This document shows positions 1-9,443 of a stretch of 64,000 bases of DNA, piece by piece. The notes beneath the pieces were generated by a model. That model saw only the letters and a list, made by a program, of their open reading frames with translations, was not told the DNA's origin and ran no database searches. Source of the DNA: a virus (Duplodnaviria > Caudoviricetes); IMG/VR virus record IMGVR_UViG_3300005662_000036, positions 1-64,000 of that record. One strand, written 5' to 3'. Position 1 is the first letter of the stretch; the number at the start of each line of letters is the position of its first letter. A program made the position numbers and the translations under genes.

Positions 1-120
1 TCGTCTTACGATGAGTATCCTAAAACACCACCTGAAAACACTCTTCAGGTTCCTCTTTTAACTGCTTATGATATCAGATATGATAGCTTATCGTCTTACG
101 ATGAGTATCCTAAAACACCA
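1..120 (+). repeat. 30-bp perfect direct repeat, 90-bp period (coding)
   Basis: tcgtcttacgatgagtatcctaaaacacca at 1-30 and 91-120 (SSYDEYPKTP twice). Confidence 0.9.
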
Positions 121-498
121 ATTCCAGATTCAAGCTCGACGGTTTATTTTTTGAGCGGTTGTGTTGCAACAAAGTCGTCTCTTCCTGTGTATGATCGTTA
201 TACCAAAAGTTATGAAGATGCTTGCACTACACAGCCCGTAATATCTTCATTTGTTGCTCAACGCCAGAACGTTAAAACCTTCGACAATTATGGAAAAACG
301 GGTATAGACAATTCTACATGTCAATGCATGATTTCTTCTTTTATTGCAAAACGAAACAACACCACAGCATATGATAGTTATGCTAAATCAAACTTAGAAG
401 AAGTGGATCATACATACGTAGTGTCAGCAAGTTGTTGGAATCAGTTTATAACTAAATGGGCTACTCCAACTGAAGTTGTGTTGTGGGGTTTGCCTTGA
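1..498 (+). CDS. 5'-truncated hypothetical protein with ~30-aa periodic YDxYxK repeats (probable virion protein)
   Basis: Frame 1 is open from base 1 to TGA at 496-498, so the ORF track start at 151 is internal. [YF]DxYxK recurs at aa 3, 33, 64, 94 and 124. Confidence 0.7.
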   Translation, partial: SSYDEYPKTPPENTLQVPLLTAYDIRYDSLSSYDEYPKTPIPDSSSTVYFLSGCVATKSSLPVYDRYTKSYEDACTTQPVISSFVAQRQNVKTFDNYGKTGIDNSTCQCMISSFIAKRNNTTAYDSYAKSNLEEVDHTYVVSASCWNQFITKWATPTEVVLWGLP

Positions 499-534
499 CT
501 TTTAGATTTACAATTAAAAATTATAAAAAAACAA

Positions 535-540
535 TAAATA
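535..540 (+). promoter_or_regulatory. TAAATA late-promoter-like motif
   Basis: Core of the T4 late promoter TATAAATA, 6 nt before ATG 547. Confidence 0.55.
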
Positions 541-546
541 AACAAT

Positions 547-1620
547 ATGATAACACTAGATACTAGAGCCTCAGGACAATTTAAAGTTTATACAGAAGAC
601 GAACTCGGACAACTTCAATTAGTAGCAGAATCAAAAAACCTTATAACCGACGTTGGAATGCACAGTGTTGTATTAAAAACGTGGTCTAATTGTTTTACTA
701 CCGTCTTAATTGGAAGCGATGATACTCCTCCTACTTTTGGTAATACTGCTATGTCAGCTCTTCTTATGAGCTCTTCTATTGTTCCTACTAATCCAGCAAG
801 TTATACTATAGGCGAGTATAACAGCACTTCTGGAGCAACGATTCGTTTGGGAAGAACGTTTTTCGTTAAAAACACATCAGGATCTGACATGTCAGTAAAA
901 GAAATTGGAACATGTCACAATTTTGTCCCTGGAGCGGGTGGAGCTCCGCCAACATATGATTTGTTTAGCAGAACTACTACATTTCCTCCTTTTGTAATTA
1001 AAAACAACAAGTTTGTATATATTGTATATGAACTTAGATTAGCAACCGGAGTTTCAACCACAGGGTATAATTTTACAGCTGTGACTGACGGAACACCTGG
1101 CTTTGTATTGCCAGCAAACAACATGGGAATCGTTAACTGCCCTTTTGCTACGATCGACAAACTAGGAGTTACGATCAATGACGTTTTTGCCTCAGGTCAT
1201 GCTATGTTTGAGCCCTTAGCCTCTCAAACATATTATTTGCATAAACAAACAGCAGCTTCTACTTCAACTAATCCCACGTATTTTACAGCAAAACGTGCTG
1301 CTTTTGAAGCAGATGTTAGAATCGCAACAAATGCAGCAGGAGCAGCAAGCCCAACATTTGCTCCTTGGGGCGGAAGTGCAACATCAAATCCTCTTATATT
1401 AGAAGATGTTTATCAAAACGATTTTCGTCTAGCGAGGCATATTATAGTGTCTCCTACCGGAAGCACAGAAAACATACATGGGTTTTTATTGACAAACAGC
1501 ACTGCAGCAGCAGCAAGCTTACATCAAACCGGCATACACTGCATGTTTAATACTGCATGGGTCAGACCAACATCTTCGTTCTTCAAACTTTATTTCGAAC
1601 ATAGATGGGCTAGAGTTTAA
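547..1620 (+). CDS. putative virion structural/tail-associated protein
   Basis: 357 aa. N-terminal KNLITDVG...IGSDDTPPTFGNT resembles a motif common in phage tail/baseplate-attachment proteins; preceded by TAAATA. Confidence 0.5.
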   Translation: MITLDTRASGQFKVYTEDELGQLQLVAESKNLITDVGMHSVVLKTWSNCFTTVLIGSDDTPPTFGNTAMSALLMSSSIVPTNPASYTIGEYNSTSGATIRLGRTFFVKNTSGSDMSVKEIGTCHNFVPGAGGAPPTYDLFSRTTTFPPFVIKNNKFVYIVYELRLATGVSTTGYNFTAVTDGTPGFVLPANNMGIVNCPFATIDKLGVTINDVFASGHAMFEPLASQTYYLHKQTAASTSTNPTYFTAKRAAFEADVRIATNAAGAASPTFAPWGGSATSNPLILEDVYQNDFRLARHIIVSPTGSTENIHGFLLTNSTAAAASLHQTGIHCMFNTAWVRPTSSFFKLYFEHRWARV

Positions 1621-1642
1621 GTTTTTTTAAAAAAAATTGTAC

Positions 1643-4600
1643 ATGAAAAATCTCACAAACCTATTGACAATGTTTGATTGTCAACTTCCGACGGGCATAC
1701 CAATCCCTCAGCTTGAATGTTTTTCTGTTTTTACCGACAATACTATAATCTATGCTATAGATCCTTTTAGTAAAAGTGCTTATATTTCATTTGTTACTTT
1801 TTTGTATAATCTAGATCCTTCGTTCGTTAGTTTCGATGCTTTGAGTAACGGAGAAGGGTATATTTTTTCAGGAGGAGATATTGCAACGCCTCCTCCTTAC
1901 GCATTATATGATACAGCTAGCGAAACTATCCCTTCTTCAAAACAACTTACGGGATTTTTCGAAATAGCTGAATACAAAAATAATAGTTCTACAAATATTT
2001 CAGATAACCCAGGAATTACTCAATTTGAGTTAATATATAAATGCGTAAATGATTCATATGATGCTTGGGTCTATGAACTCTATCTGCTTGAAGTAGATTT
2101 GGGCATACCTTTTAATAGTTTTAATACATTTGACCCTGGTGTTACTTATTTAATTCTTCATAAAATGCAGCAACCAGTAGTTCCGTATTTATTTTATGAT
2201 AACGGAGCTAATTCAGTCACCCCTACTCCAACCGTTACCCAGACTCCTTCTAACACTCAGACACCAACTCCTTCTAACACTCAGACTGTTACTCCGACAA
2301 ATACAATAGATCCCACACCAACGTTAACGGTAACTACTAGTGAAACTCCAACCCAGACTCCTTCTAACACTCAGACACCAACTCCTTCTAACACTCAGAC
2401 GCCAACTCCTTCTAATACTCAGACTGTTACTCCTTCTAATAGTTTAACACCAACTCCTTCTAATACTCAGACTGTTACTCCCTCCAACGAACCAACCCAG
2501 ACTCCTTCTAACACTCAGACGCCAACTCCTTCTAATACTCAGACTGTTACTCCTTCTAATAGTTTAACACCAACTCCTTCTAATACTCAGACTGTTACTC
2601 CCTCCACCCCTGTTCCTTTTTATTCGATAAACATTCGCAATTTAACAGATCTTGCTTCTAATTCTATTGATGAAGGATTACCTGGAGTATTTTGGCTGTC
2701 TGGTTTTAATATTTCTCAGTCGCAAATATCATATACTATTACTGGAATTTCGCAAGAAGACATCAATATACCTTTAACTGGTATTTTTGAGTCTACGGGT
2801 TCTATAGGAAATTATTGGGAGTCTGCAACTGTTGATTTTACTATATTATCCGATTTCGTTACAAACGAGGTAGAAAGGTTAATTGTCACGTTAGACGGCA
2901 TTACTCCGACCGTTTCCGCCGAATTAATTATCAACGACGTTTTACCTACTCCTACTCCTACAGTAACTCCAACAGAAACTCCAACAGAAACTCCAACGCC
3001 TACGCCTACCCCTACTCCTTCTGAAACCCCTTCTGAAACTCCAACTGTAACTCCTACTTCTTCTCAAACCCCAACAAACACGCAAACCTCTACACAGACA
3101 CAAACACCTACTCCTTCAATTACTCCTTCTAGCACTCCAATTGATTACGGCATCGTAGTTTCTCCACAACTTTCGACTGTTGGATTGATGGGAGCAACAT
3201 ATTTTGCGGTAGGAGAACCTTCAACCATCACTTTTACGATAACTTCTACCAGAAATCCAGAAACTCCAGTTAACATTGAGTATAACATAACCGGTGTTGA
3301 TTTGGCTGATTTTATTCCAGGAACTGATTTTACAGGAACTTTAAATTATCCTTTAGAAAAATTTGCTACGTTCCATGTAGTAGCTGATGCTAGAACTGAG
3401 GGAAATCAGCTAATGACATTAACAATAGTTAATGGACCAACTAATGCGATAGGTAAAAAAGGAGAAATGTATATAGTAGATACATCTCAATCTCCTCCAG
3501 CTTATACTTTGTTTTTGTCTGGAAACGGATCAACTACCGGATTTGTTAACGAAGGATCGACTGTAACGTTTGCTCTAGAAACCAGAGGAGCTTATAACGG
3601 AACACCAATTTTTTATCAAGTAACTGGAATTAACGAGGAAGACATAATTATTGGAGAATCTTCTCCTTTAAGTGGTTATTTTGTTATTAACAGTATTATA
3701 ACTACAGATACTACAGAGTTTCCTGATCCTTTGCCTGTAGATTATGCTTTTATTAAATTTGTTTTAAAAGAAGACATTTCAGCAAATGAAGGTGATGAAA
3801 CGCTCGTGGTAACATTGTCGAGTCATATAGATCCAATTAGAGGTTTAGTTTCAAGTACTGATGGAATGAATGCTGGTGTTTTAATTAAAGACACTTCAGT
3901 AACTCCAACACCTACTCCAACTTGTACTCAAACACAAACTCCATCTAATACTCAAACACAAACTCCATCTAATACTCAAACACAAACTCCATCTAATACT
4001 CAAACACAAACTCCATCTAATACTCAAACTCCCACGCCTTCTTATACACCAACTCAAACTCCGTCTAACTCACAACCTTCTACTCCAACTCCAACTCCAA
4101 CTCCGTCTCCAAGCCCAGAAATAAGTCCGTATCTTTTTAGATACGGAGGAATTGGAGCTGCTATGTTATTAGAAGCAAACACAAACGATTTTTGCGTAAA
4201 TCTTTTGACTGGCACTAACATTTTAACTGGCTCAGAAATGCCATATGAAATTTTAGGGTTCAATGGATCCACAACTTATTCTATTGATAATCCTTCGTGG
4301 TTGCCTCTCACAGGCAGTTTTGTTGTTGGATTTGATTCATCTGTTAGTTCGGATGTGATTTTGTCGAATGAAGCGGATGCCATAAGCTTCCAGCTTTCAG
4401 CTAATACGCCAGGGAATTACTATTTGATATTACATTTAACTACTAACGATCCAGTAGGAACGGAAATACCATACACATTTCTTCCGTATGATCCTTCTAC
4501 ATCACTTCCGTCTTCTCCCGCTCCTTCTCTCATGCTAGCAACTAATGCTGCAGCAAATCTTGTAACGTTCGTAGATCCTCAGCTAAATGAGTTTACCTCA

Positions 4601-5299
4601 AATAATCCTGGCCAAATAATTGATGCAAGCAATTGTTCTTCCTTAATTTCTTTAAATGCTGAGTACTGTACTCACGTAGAGGTTGTTGGCTGCACGAGTT
4701 TAAATGAATTAAATTGTTCCTTTATGGGCAACAAAGAACCATCAACATTAAATGTTTCTGGATTAGAATCATTAACAACTTTGAATTGTTCGTATTCGTA
4801 TAACATAAATTCAATCAACACAACAAATTGCTCTTCGCTGCAGAATTTATTGCTTCCAGGTACATCAGTAACTTCTCTGATATTAGCAGATTGCAACGAT
4901 ATACGTTATATTAACGTAGACTCATCAGCTAACATCAGTACGGTTAATTTATCAAATAAACTTTTATTAACAAGAGCTTCGATGAGCCATTGTGTTAGTC
5001 TTACATCAATTAACGTTTCTGGCTGTTGCTCTCTTACCGGTATACAATGTAGCTTTAATCCAAATTTAGTAGAATTAAATGCATCACAATGTTTTGCTCT
5101 CACTGTTTTTGATTTCAACCAATGCTGTTCTCTTGTTAATATTAATTTGGAAAATTGTAATCTAAACACAGAACAAGTAGACTTTGTATTGAACGCCTTG
5201 TGTTCGGACAACGGAACACTAAACATCAAAGGTAATTCAGAACCTTCTTTACTTGCTTACGACTCAATCATCTCAAAAGGATGGACAATTCACAAATAA
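1643..5299 (+). CDS. large mucin-like (Thr/Pro/Ser) virion protein with three Calx-beta-like domains and a C-terminal leucine-rich-repeat domain
   Basis: ATG 1643 preferred over TTG 1637. Three TPSNTQT/TPTETP tracts; three repeats of the type VNEGSTVTF...YxITG...D...EGxETLxVTL; C-terminal LRRs (NCSSLISLNA, GCTSLNELNCS, GLESLTTLNCS) with a GTLNIKGN...KGWTI cap. Confidence 0.75.
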   Translation: MKNLTNLLTMFDCQLPTGIPIPQLECFSVFTDNTIIYAIDPFSKSAYISFVTFLYNLDPSFVSFDALSNGEGYIFSGGDIATPPPYALYDTASETIPSSKQLTGFFEIAEYKNNSSTNISDNPGITQFELIYKCVNDSYDAWVYELYLLEVDLGIPFNSFNTFDPGVTYLILHKMQQPVVPYLFYDNGANSVTPTPTVTQTPSNTQTPTPSNTQTVTPTNTIDPTPTLTVTTSETPTQTPSNTQTPTPSNTQTPTPSNTQTVTPSNSLTPTPSNTQTVTPSNEPTQTPSNTQTPTPSNTQTVTPSNSLTPTPSNTQTVTPSTPVPFYSINIRNLTDLASNSIDEGLPGVFWLSGFNISQSQISYTITGISQEDINIPLTGIFESTGSIGNYWESATVDFTILSDFVTNEVERLIVTLDGITPTVSAELIINDVLPTPTPTVTPTETPTETPTPTPTPTPSETPSETPTVTPTSSQTPTNTQTSTQTQTPTPSITPSSTPIDYGIVVSPQLSTVGLMGATYFAVGEPSTITFTITSTRNPETPVNIEYNITGVDLADFIPGTDFTGTLNYPLEKFATFHVVADARTEGNQLMTLTIVNGPTNAIGKKGEMYIVDTSQSPPAYTLFLSGNGSTTGFVNEGSTVTFALETRGAYNGTPIFYQVTGINEEDIIIGESSPLSGYFVINSIITTDTTEFPDPLPVDYAFIKFVLKEDISANEGDETLVVTLSSHIDPIRGLVSSTDGMNAGVLIKDTSVTPTPTPTCTQTQTPSNTQTQTPSNTQTQTPSNTQTQTPSNTQTPTPSYTPTQTPSNSQPSTPTPTPTPSPSPEISPYLFRYGGIGAAMLLEANTNDFCVNLLTGTNILTGSEMPYEILGFNGSTTYSIDNPSWLPLTGSFVVGFDSSVSSDVILSNEADAISFQLSANTPGNYYLILHLTTNDPVGTEIPYTFLPYDPSTSLPSSPAPSLMLATNAAANLVTFVDPQLNEFTSNNPGQIIDASNCSSLISLNAEYCTHVEVVGCTSLNELNCSFMGNKEPSTLNVSGLESLTTLNCSYSYNINSINTTNCSSLQNLLLPGTSVTSLILADCNDIRYINVDSSANISTVNLSNKLLLTRASMSHCVSLTSINVSGCCSLTGIQCSFNPNLVELNASQCFALTVFDFNQCCSLVNINLENCNLNTEQVDFVLNALCSDNGTLNIKGNSEPSLLAYDSIISKGWTIHK
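2381..2606 (+). repeat. 106-bp perfect direct repeat (120-bp period) within the Thr/Pro stalk
   Basis: 2381-2486 is identical to 2501-2606; embedded in shorter actccttctaa[c/t]actcagac units spanning ~2240-2600. Confidence 0.85.
3926..4029 (+). repeat. 24-bp tandem repeat x4 (TQTQTPSN)
   Basis: actcaaacacaaactccatctaat, four perfect copies at 3926-4021 plus a partial copy. Confidence 0.9.
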
Positions 5300-5300
5300 T

Positions 5301-5519
5301 ATGAATAACGTTTTTTATGCTTTTGTAGGACCGAGAGGTAGAATCAACAAAGTTTTTACTGAAGTTCAACCTTCAGCTGAAATACCAAAGGGAATTACTC
5401 AAATTCAACTAACAGAAAATGAATTTAATACTGTTAAAACTCTCAACATGTCTAATAAACACGCTGTTTGGAAAAATGGGTCGGTTGCGGAATTTCAACA
5501 ACCAACTATAAAACCATAA
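5301..5519 (+). CDS. small hypothetical protein (possible fibre chaperone/assembly factor)
   Basis: ATG 5301 directly follows the stop of the LRR gene; 72 aa MNNVFYAFVGPRGRINKV... Confidence 0.55.
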   Translation: MNNVFYAFVGPRGRINKVFTEVQPSAEIPKGITQIQLTENEFNTVKTLNMSNKHAVWKNGSVAEFQQPTIKP

Positions 5520-5542
5520 TGTGTATTTGGCTGTGAGTTGCA

Positions 5543-6340
5543 ATGAAAACCATTCATTTTGTATCCGGACTGCCTAGATCTTGTTCTACTCTTCTCTGCA
5601 ACTTACTAGCTCAAAATCCTAAATTTCATTCAAGCTCTTCTTCCGGTTTAATCGATTTAATTTATCCAGCAAGAAAAAATTTAGTGGACTGCTTAGAGTT
5701 CAAATCTATGAATCCTGCAGATTCTGAAGCTATGTTTCTAGATTGGGCAAGAGGTGGAATATTGAACGCTTATAATTCTTTAACTAATAGACCTACGGTT
5801 TTTGATAAAGGTAGATCTTGGCTTGGATATTTAGATTTATTATTTCAACTATTTCCTGAAGCAAAAGTAATTGTTACGGTTAGAGATATTCGTGGAATTT
5901 TGACTTCAATAGAAAAAAAAAGAAAGTCTCACCCAGCCTATTTTATAGGAGAAGAAGCTAATCAACTTCATTACACCACAATTGAAAAGAGAGTACAATC
6001 TTGGCTTTCGACCCCAATTCTTGGAATTCCCATTGAAAGACTTCGTGATGCAACAAATTCGTTCAAACACAAACTTTGTTTTGTTCACGCAGAAGAACTA
6101 ACAACAAAGCCAGAAAATGTTATGAAAAATATATATTCTTATTTAGAGGAAGAGTATTATTCTCATGATTTTAATAATATCGAGCAATACACAAAAGAAC
6201 ACGATGGAGTATGGTGGCCCATTGGGGATCATTCTATTAAAAAAAACATAATGCAAATTCAAACAAATTGGGATGAAATATTAGGAAAAGAGTTGTCTGA
6301 CATATTATCAGTTAAATTTGATTGGGTTAATCATTTATAA
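5543..6340 (+). CDS. PAPS-dependent sulfotransferase
   Basis: N-terminal 5'-PSB loop FVSGLPRSCSTLLCNLLAQNP; KVIVTVRDIRGILTS (3'-PB region); HAEELTTKPENVMKNIYSYL typical of the family. Confidence 0.8.
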   Translation: MKTIHFVSGLPRSCSTLLCNLLAQNPKFHSSSSSGLIDLIYPARKNLVDCLEFKSMNPADSEAMFLDWARGGILNAYNSLTNRPTVFDKGRSWLGYLDLLFQLFPEAKVIVTVRDIRGILTSIEKKRKSHPAYFIGEEANQLHYTTIEKRVQSWLSTPILGIPIERLRDATNSFKHKLCFVHAEELTTKPENVMKNIYSYLEEEYYSHDFNNIEQYTKEHDGVWWPIGDHSIKKNIMQIQTNWDEILGKELSDILSVKFDWVNHL

Positions 6341-6352
6341 GTTTAATTGGGT

Positions 6353-6358
6353 TAAATA
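6353..6358 (+). promoter_or_regulatory. TAAATA late-promoter-like motif
   Basis: 15 nt before ATG 6374. Confidence 0.45.
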
Positions 6359-6373
6359 ATTAAACTCAAGCAC

Positions 6374-9235
6374 ATGATTAGCGATCGCACAAAAAAACTT
6401 AGGAATACAACATTTCTTAGCGGCAAACAAGATTTTCCTATACCAAGCAGAACATGCACTCCTACAACAACCCAAACGTCGACTCAAACGCCCACAAATA
6501 CTGTAACGTGCTCTCAAACTCCAACAAATACAATCACTCAAACCAAAACACCAACACAAACTCCTACTATTACAAAAACAAAAACTCCAACTCCTACTTA
6601 TACTCCAACTAAAACGCCAACTTCTACTACTACACAGACGTCAACACAAACCAAAACTCCAACAAAAACTCCCTTTCCTACTTCATCTCCGACGGTTACT
6701 CCTACAACATCTCCATGCATATCAGGTCCGAATTGTGTGGTGCATGCATCAGATGCAATATTTCTTTGTTATGATTGTTATCCACTAAAAAAACTACATC
6801 CTTCATACGACGACTTAACAGGACCTGGAAATTACTCATCGATGGGTTTAGCTTTTCCTAAAGCTAACTCCGGTTCGTTAGATAACGTTGCTATAGGACC
6901 TGGTGCTCAGGTTATAGTATATTCTTCTAGTAATTTTACTGGAACAGTGTTATTTTCTGGAATAGGACCATTAGTATTAACAAACAGCAGACACAACACC
7001 GGCAGTTATGCAGCATGTCATGTCGGAACTTATCCAGATTCTGATATACAAAACATGTTTCCGCTTTCTTCTCGAATTTGGGTAGATCTTCAACCTTGGA
7101 AGTCTGGTTCCATCAGCATTAATTGTTGTGGTGTCGTAATTCCTACTCCAACTCCAACTCCAACTCTATTGTTAGGCAATTGTGTAACACCATTCGATAC
7201 ATCAAAGGTGTTTTGGGGCACTATCGATGCAGCTGGTTCTCCCAATCAAACTATAAGCGTTCCAGCTGGAGTATTAGGAGCAAGTGCTCAAACTATAAAT
7301 ATTACATTAAATTCTCCTACATCAAATGATACGACTACAAATTCATTTTATGATTATACTAGAATTCCTTGTGCTTTTAAAAACGCGGACGGAACTGCTG
7401 CGGCAACTAATTGGGATGGAGCTAAAACATGGACCTTCTCTCAGCCAATAACAAATCCCGCTTTAGCTATTTATTCTCTTGGTAATCCAGGAGCAAGGTT
7501 GTCTTTGACTACTTCTGCGAATTCGTGGAAAATTTTATGCAATGCTGACTCTCAAGGAAGCAGATTGTGTATCAGTCAAGACGGGACAACGGTTCAAGGA
7601 CAAGAAGGATACGGAATTATTGTATTTCCTGGTACATACAATTCAATTACTATTACTTCAAATCTGTCTGAATATTGGACAAATTATGCTTGGGGAGCAG
7701 TTAGCACCACTCTTTTAAACGACACAACTTGCGAAGAATGTGCTTCGGCTCCTACTTCTACTCCAACGCCAACTAACACAAAGCTTTCTGTTTCTGTTAC
7801 ACCAACCACGACTCCTACAACTACTCCAACAAAAACGTTTAATCCGAACGCATTCCAACAATTGTTTATCAACTATAACAATTCCGGTAAAGATGTGTAC
7901 AGAACAACAGGATATCCAATTTCAGCTATTATTTCAGGATATTCTCATCCTTTAACATATGGCAGTAATGAATATAAGGTATTTAATAATACACTAAGCG
8001 CTTTAGATTTTTGGAGCTTAGCTCTTTCAGGAAGTAGTTTTACTACAAGAACCGCTGGTCCCACCATTTATGACGGATCATCATTTGTTTCTAATCCGCT
8101 TGCAAATATTTCACATCGAGGATTGTTGATACATATTACTTCTTATTCCGCATCAGACGGGTTGCTTGGTTTTGCAAGTCCAGCTTATGTAAGAACCGAT
8201 GTAGGAACTCGTTCTTTCTTAGTACCTCATGAAGGATACATGAAATTAAATTTAAATTATATTTCAACTGTCAATTTATTACCAACGCTCATACCTAGCA
8301 GAAGCGAAAATTGGTATGTAATAGTTCATGAGATTGCACACGCTTTAGGAATAGGAACGATGTGGCATAATTCCAACAATCGCTCATTTATTGTTGGAGC
8401 TGGAGACACATCAAGTACGAGCTTAAATTTGGGAGTATCAGCAAACTTTTTTTATAGTTTATCTAATGTTGGAGGTACAAGACTAGCAAACCACGTCGGT
8501 GGACCAACCCTTATTGGATCAGCGAGTGCTTTTATGGGAGACGCGAGGTTTTCGAATGCATTTAATAGTTTTCATGCAGTATCTCCTGCTTCAAAAGCTG
8601 TGCAATTTTATAATTTAGCTTATAATTTAGCTCTCACAGCAATTCCGGTTGAGAATGGAAGAGGGTTTGGTTCAATTGGAGTGCATTGGGACGAAGGACA
8701 TTCTACAGCTGACTATGGTTCAGATGATCGTTTGTATTATGGTACTTCAATTCCTTGTATGCAAGATGAATTGATGACACCTCAATCAGAAGGTAATTTT
8801 GACATGCCGATATCAAAAGTTTCATTTGGAGCACTCGAAGATTTAGGATATGCTGTAAATTACAGCATGGCAGACAATTTTGAACCTCTCGTTTATAACA
8901 TAAACTATAGTGGAGACAGCAACAATCCTCTAATTGTTGATTTTTATAATTTTACTTTAAACACACAAGGAGTGTACGGTGAAACTGATTTAATTTCAGG
9001 TAAACCAATTTATTTAAGAAAAGGAAATATATATACTTTTAAAATTACTTCTACTGTTGCTGTAAAAATAACAAATTCAGCTGATGGGTCTACTCTTGTA
9101 ACAAACGGAGTAACTAATAATAATATAACATCAGGATCCATTATTTATTCTGTTCCTGCTTCCTTATCTTCTCCAACTATTCATTGGCTTTTTGCAGAAA
9201 ATCCTCAAGCAAAAGCAAAGATAATAATTTTTTAA
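6374..9235 (+). CDS. mucin-like stalk protein with beta/gamma-crystallin-like domain and leishmanolysin-like (M8-type) zinc metalloprotease
   Basis: Thr/Pro tracts; SLDNVAIGPGAQVIVYSSSNFTG (crystallin Greek-key-like); VIVHEIAHALG (HEXXH at 8327), GVHWDEG, DELMTP, ISKVSFGALEDLGYAVNYSMAD. Confidence 0.75.
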   Translation: MISDRTKKLRNTTFLSGKQDFPIPSRTCTPTTTQTSTQTPTNTVTCSQTPTNTITQTKTPTQTPTITKTKTPTPTYTPTKTPTSTTTQTSTQTKTPTKTPFPTSSPTVTPTTSPCISGPNCVVHASDAIFLCYDCYPLKKLHPSYDDLTGPGNYSSMGLAFPKANSGSLDNVAIGPGAQVIVYSSSNFTGTVLFSGIGPLVLTNSRHNTGSYAACHVGTYPDSDIQNMFPLSSRIWVDLQPWKSGSISINCCGVVIPTPTPTPTLLLGNCVTPFDTSKVFWGTIDAAGSPNQTISVPAGVLGASAQTINITLNSPTSNDTTTNSFYDYTRIPCAFKNADGTAAATNWDGAKTWTFSQPITNPALAIYSLGNPGARLSLTTSANSWKILCNADSQGSRLCISQDGTTVQGQEGYGIIVFPGTYNSITITSNLSEYWTNYAWGAVSTTLLNDTTCEECASAPTSTPTPTNTKLSVSVTPTTTPTTTPTKTFNPNAFQQLFINYNNSGKDVYRTTGYPISAIISGYSHPLTYGSNEYKVFNNTLSALDFWSLALSGSSFTTRTAGPTIYDGSSFVSNPLANISHRGLLIHITSYSASDGLLGFASPAYVRTDVGTRSFLVPHEGYMKLNLNYISTVNLLPTLIPSRSENWYVIVHEIAHALGIGTMWHNSNNRSFIVGAGDTSSTSLNLGVSANFFYSLSNVGGTRLANHVGGPTLIGSASAFMGDARFSNAFNSFHAVSPASKAVQFYNLAYNLALTAIPVENGRGFGSIGVHWDEGHSTADYGSDDRLYYGTSIPCMQDELMTPQSEGNFDMPISKVSFGALEDLGYAVNYSMADNFEPLVYNINYSGDSNNPLIVDFYNFTLNTQGVYGETDLISGKPIYLRKGNIYTFKITSTVAVKITNSADGSTLVTNGVTNNNITSGSIIYSVPASLSSPTIHWLFAENPQAKAKIIIF

Positions 9236-9242
9236 TTTAAAT

Positions 9243-9443
9243 ATGACTCCAACCAATATTACAAACAAAACAGAGGCTTACGATTATCTTTTTTATGTTT
9301 ATAAACAAGAAGCTGAATTTAAACCAGATCTATATGATCAAGCAAAATTATTTTTTACGGAGTTGGAATTAAAAGAATTGTACTTAGGACCAGACATTAT
9401 TTTTAACGACTGTTTTCCTTGTCACTGCAAGCATATACATTAA
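9243..9443 (+). CDS. small hypothetical protein with Cys/His-rich C-terminus
   Basis: 66 aa ending CFPCHCKHIH; convergent with the portal gene, 4-nt overlap. Confidence 0.5.
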   Translation: MTPTNITNKTEAYDYLFYVYKQEAEFKPDLYDQAKLFFTELELKELYLGPDIIFNDCFPCHCKHIH

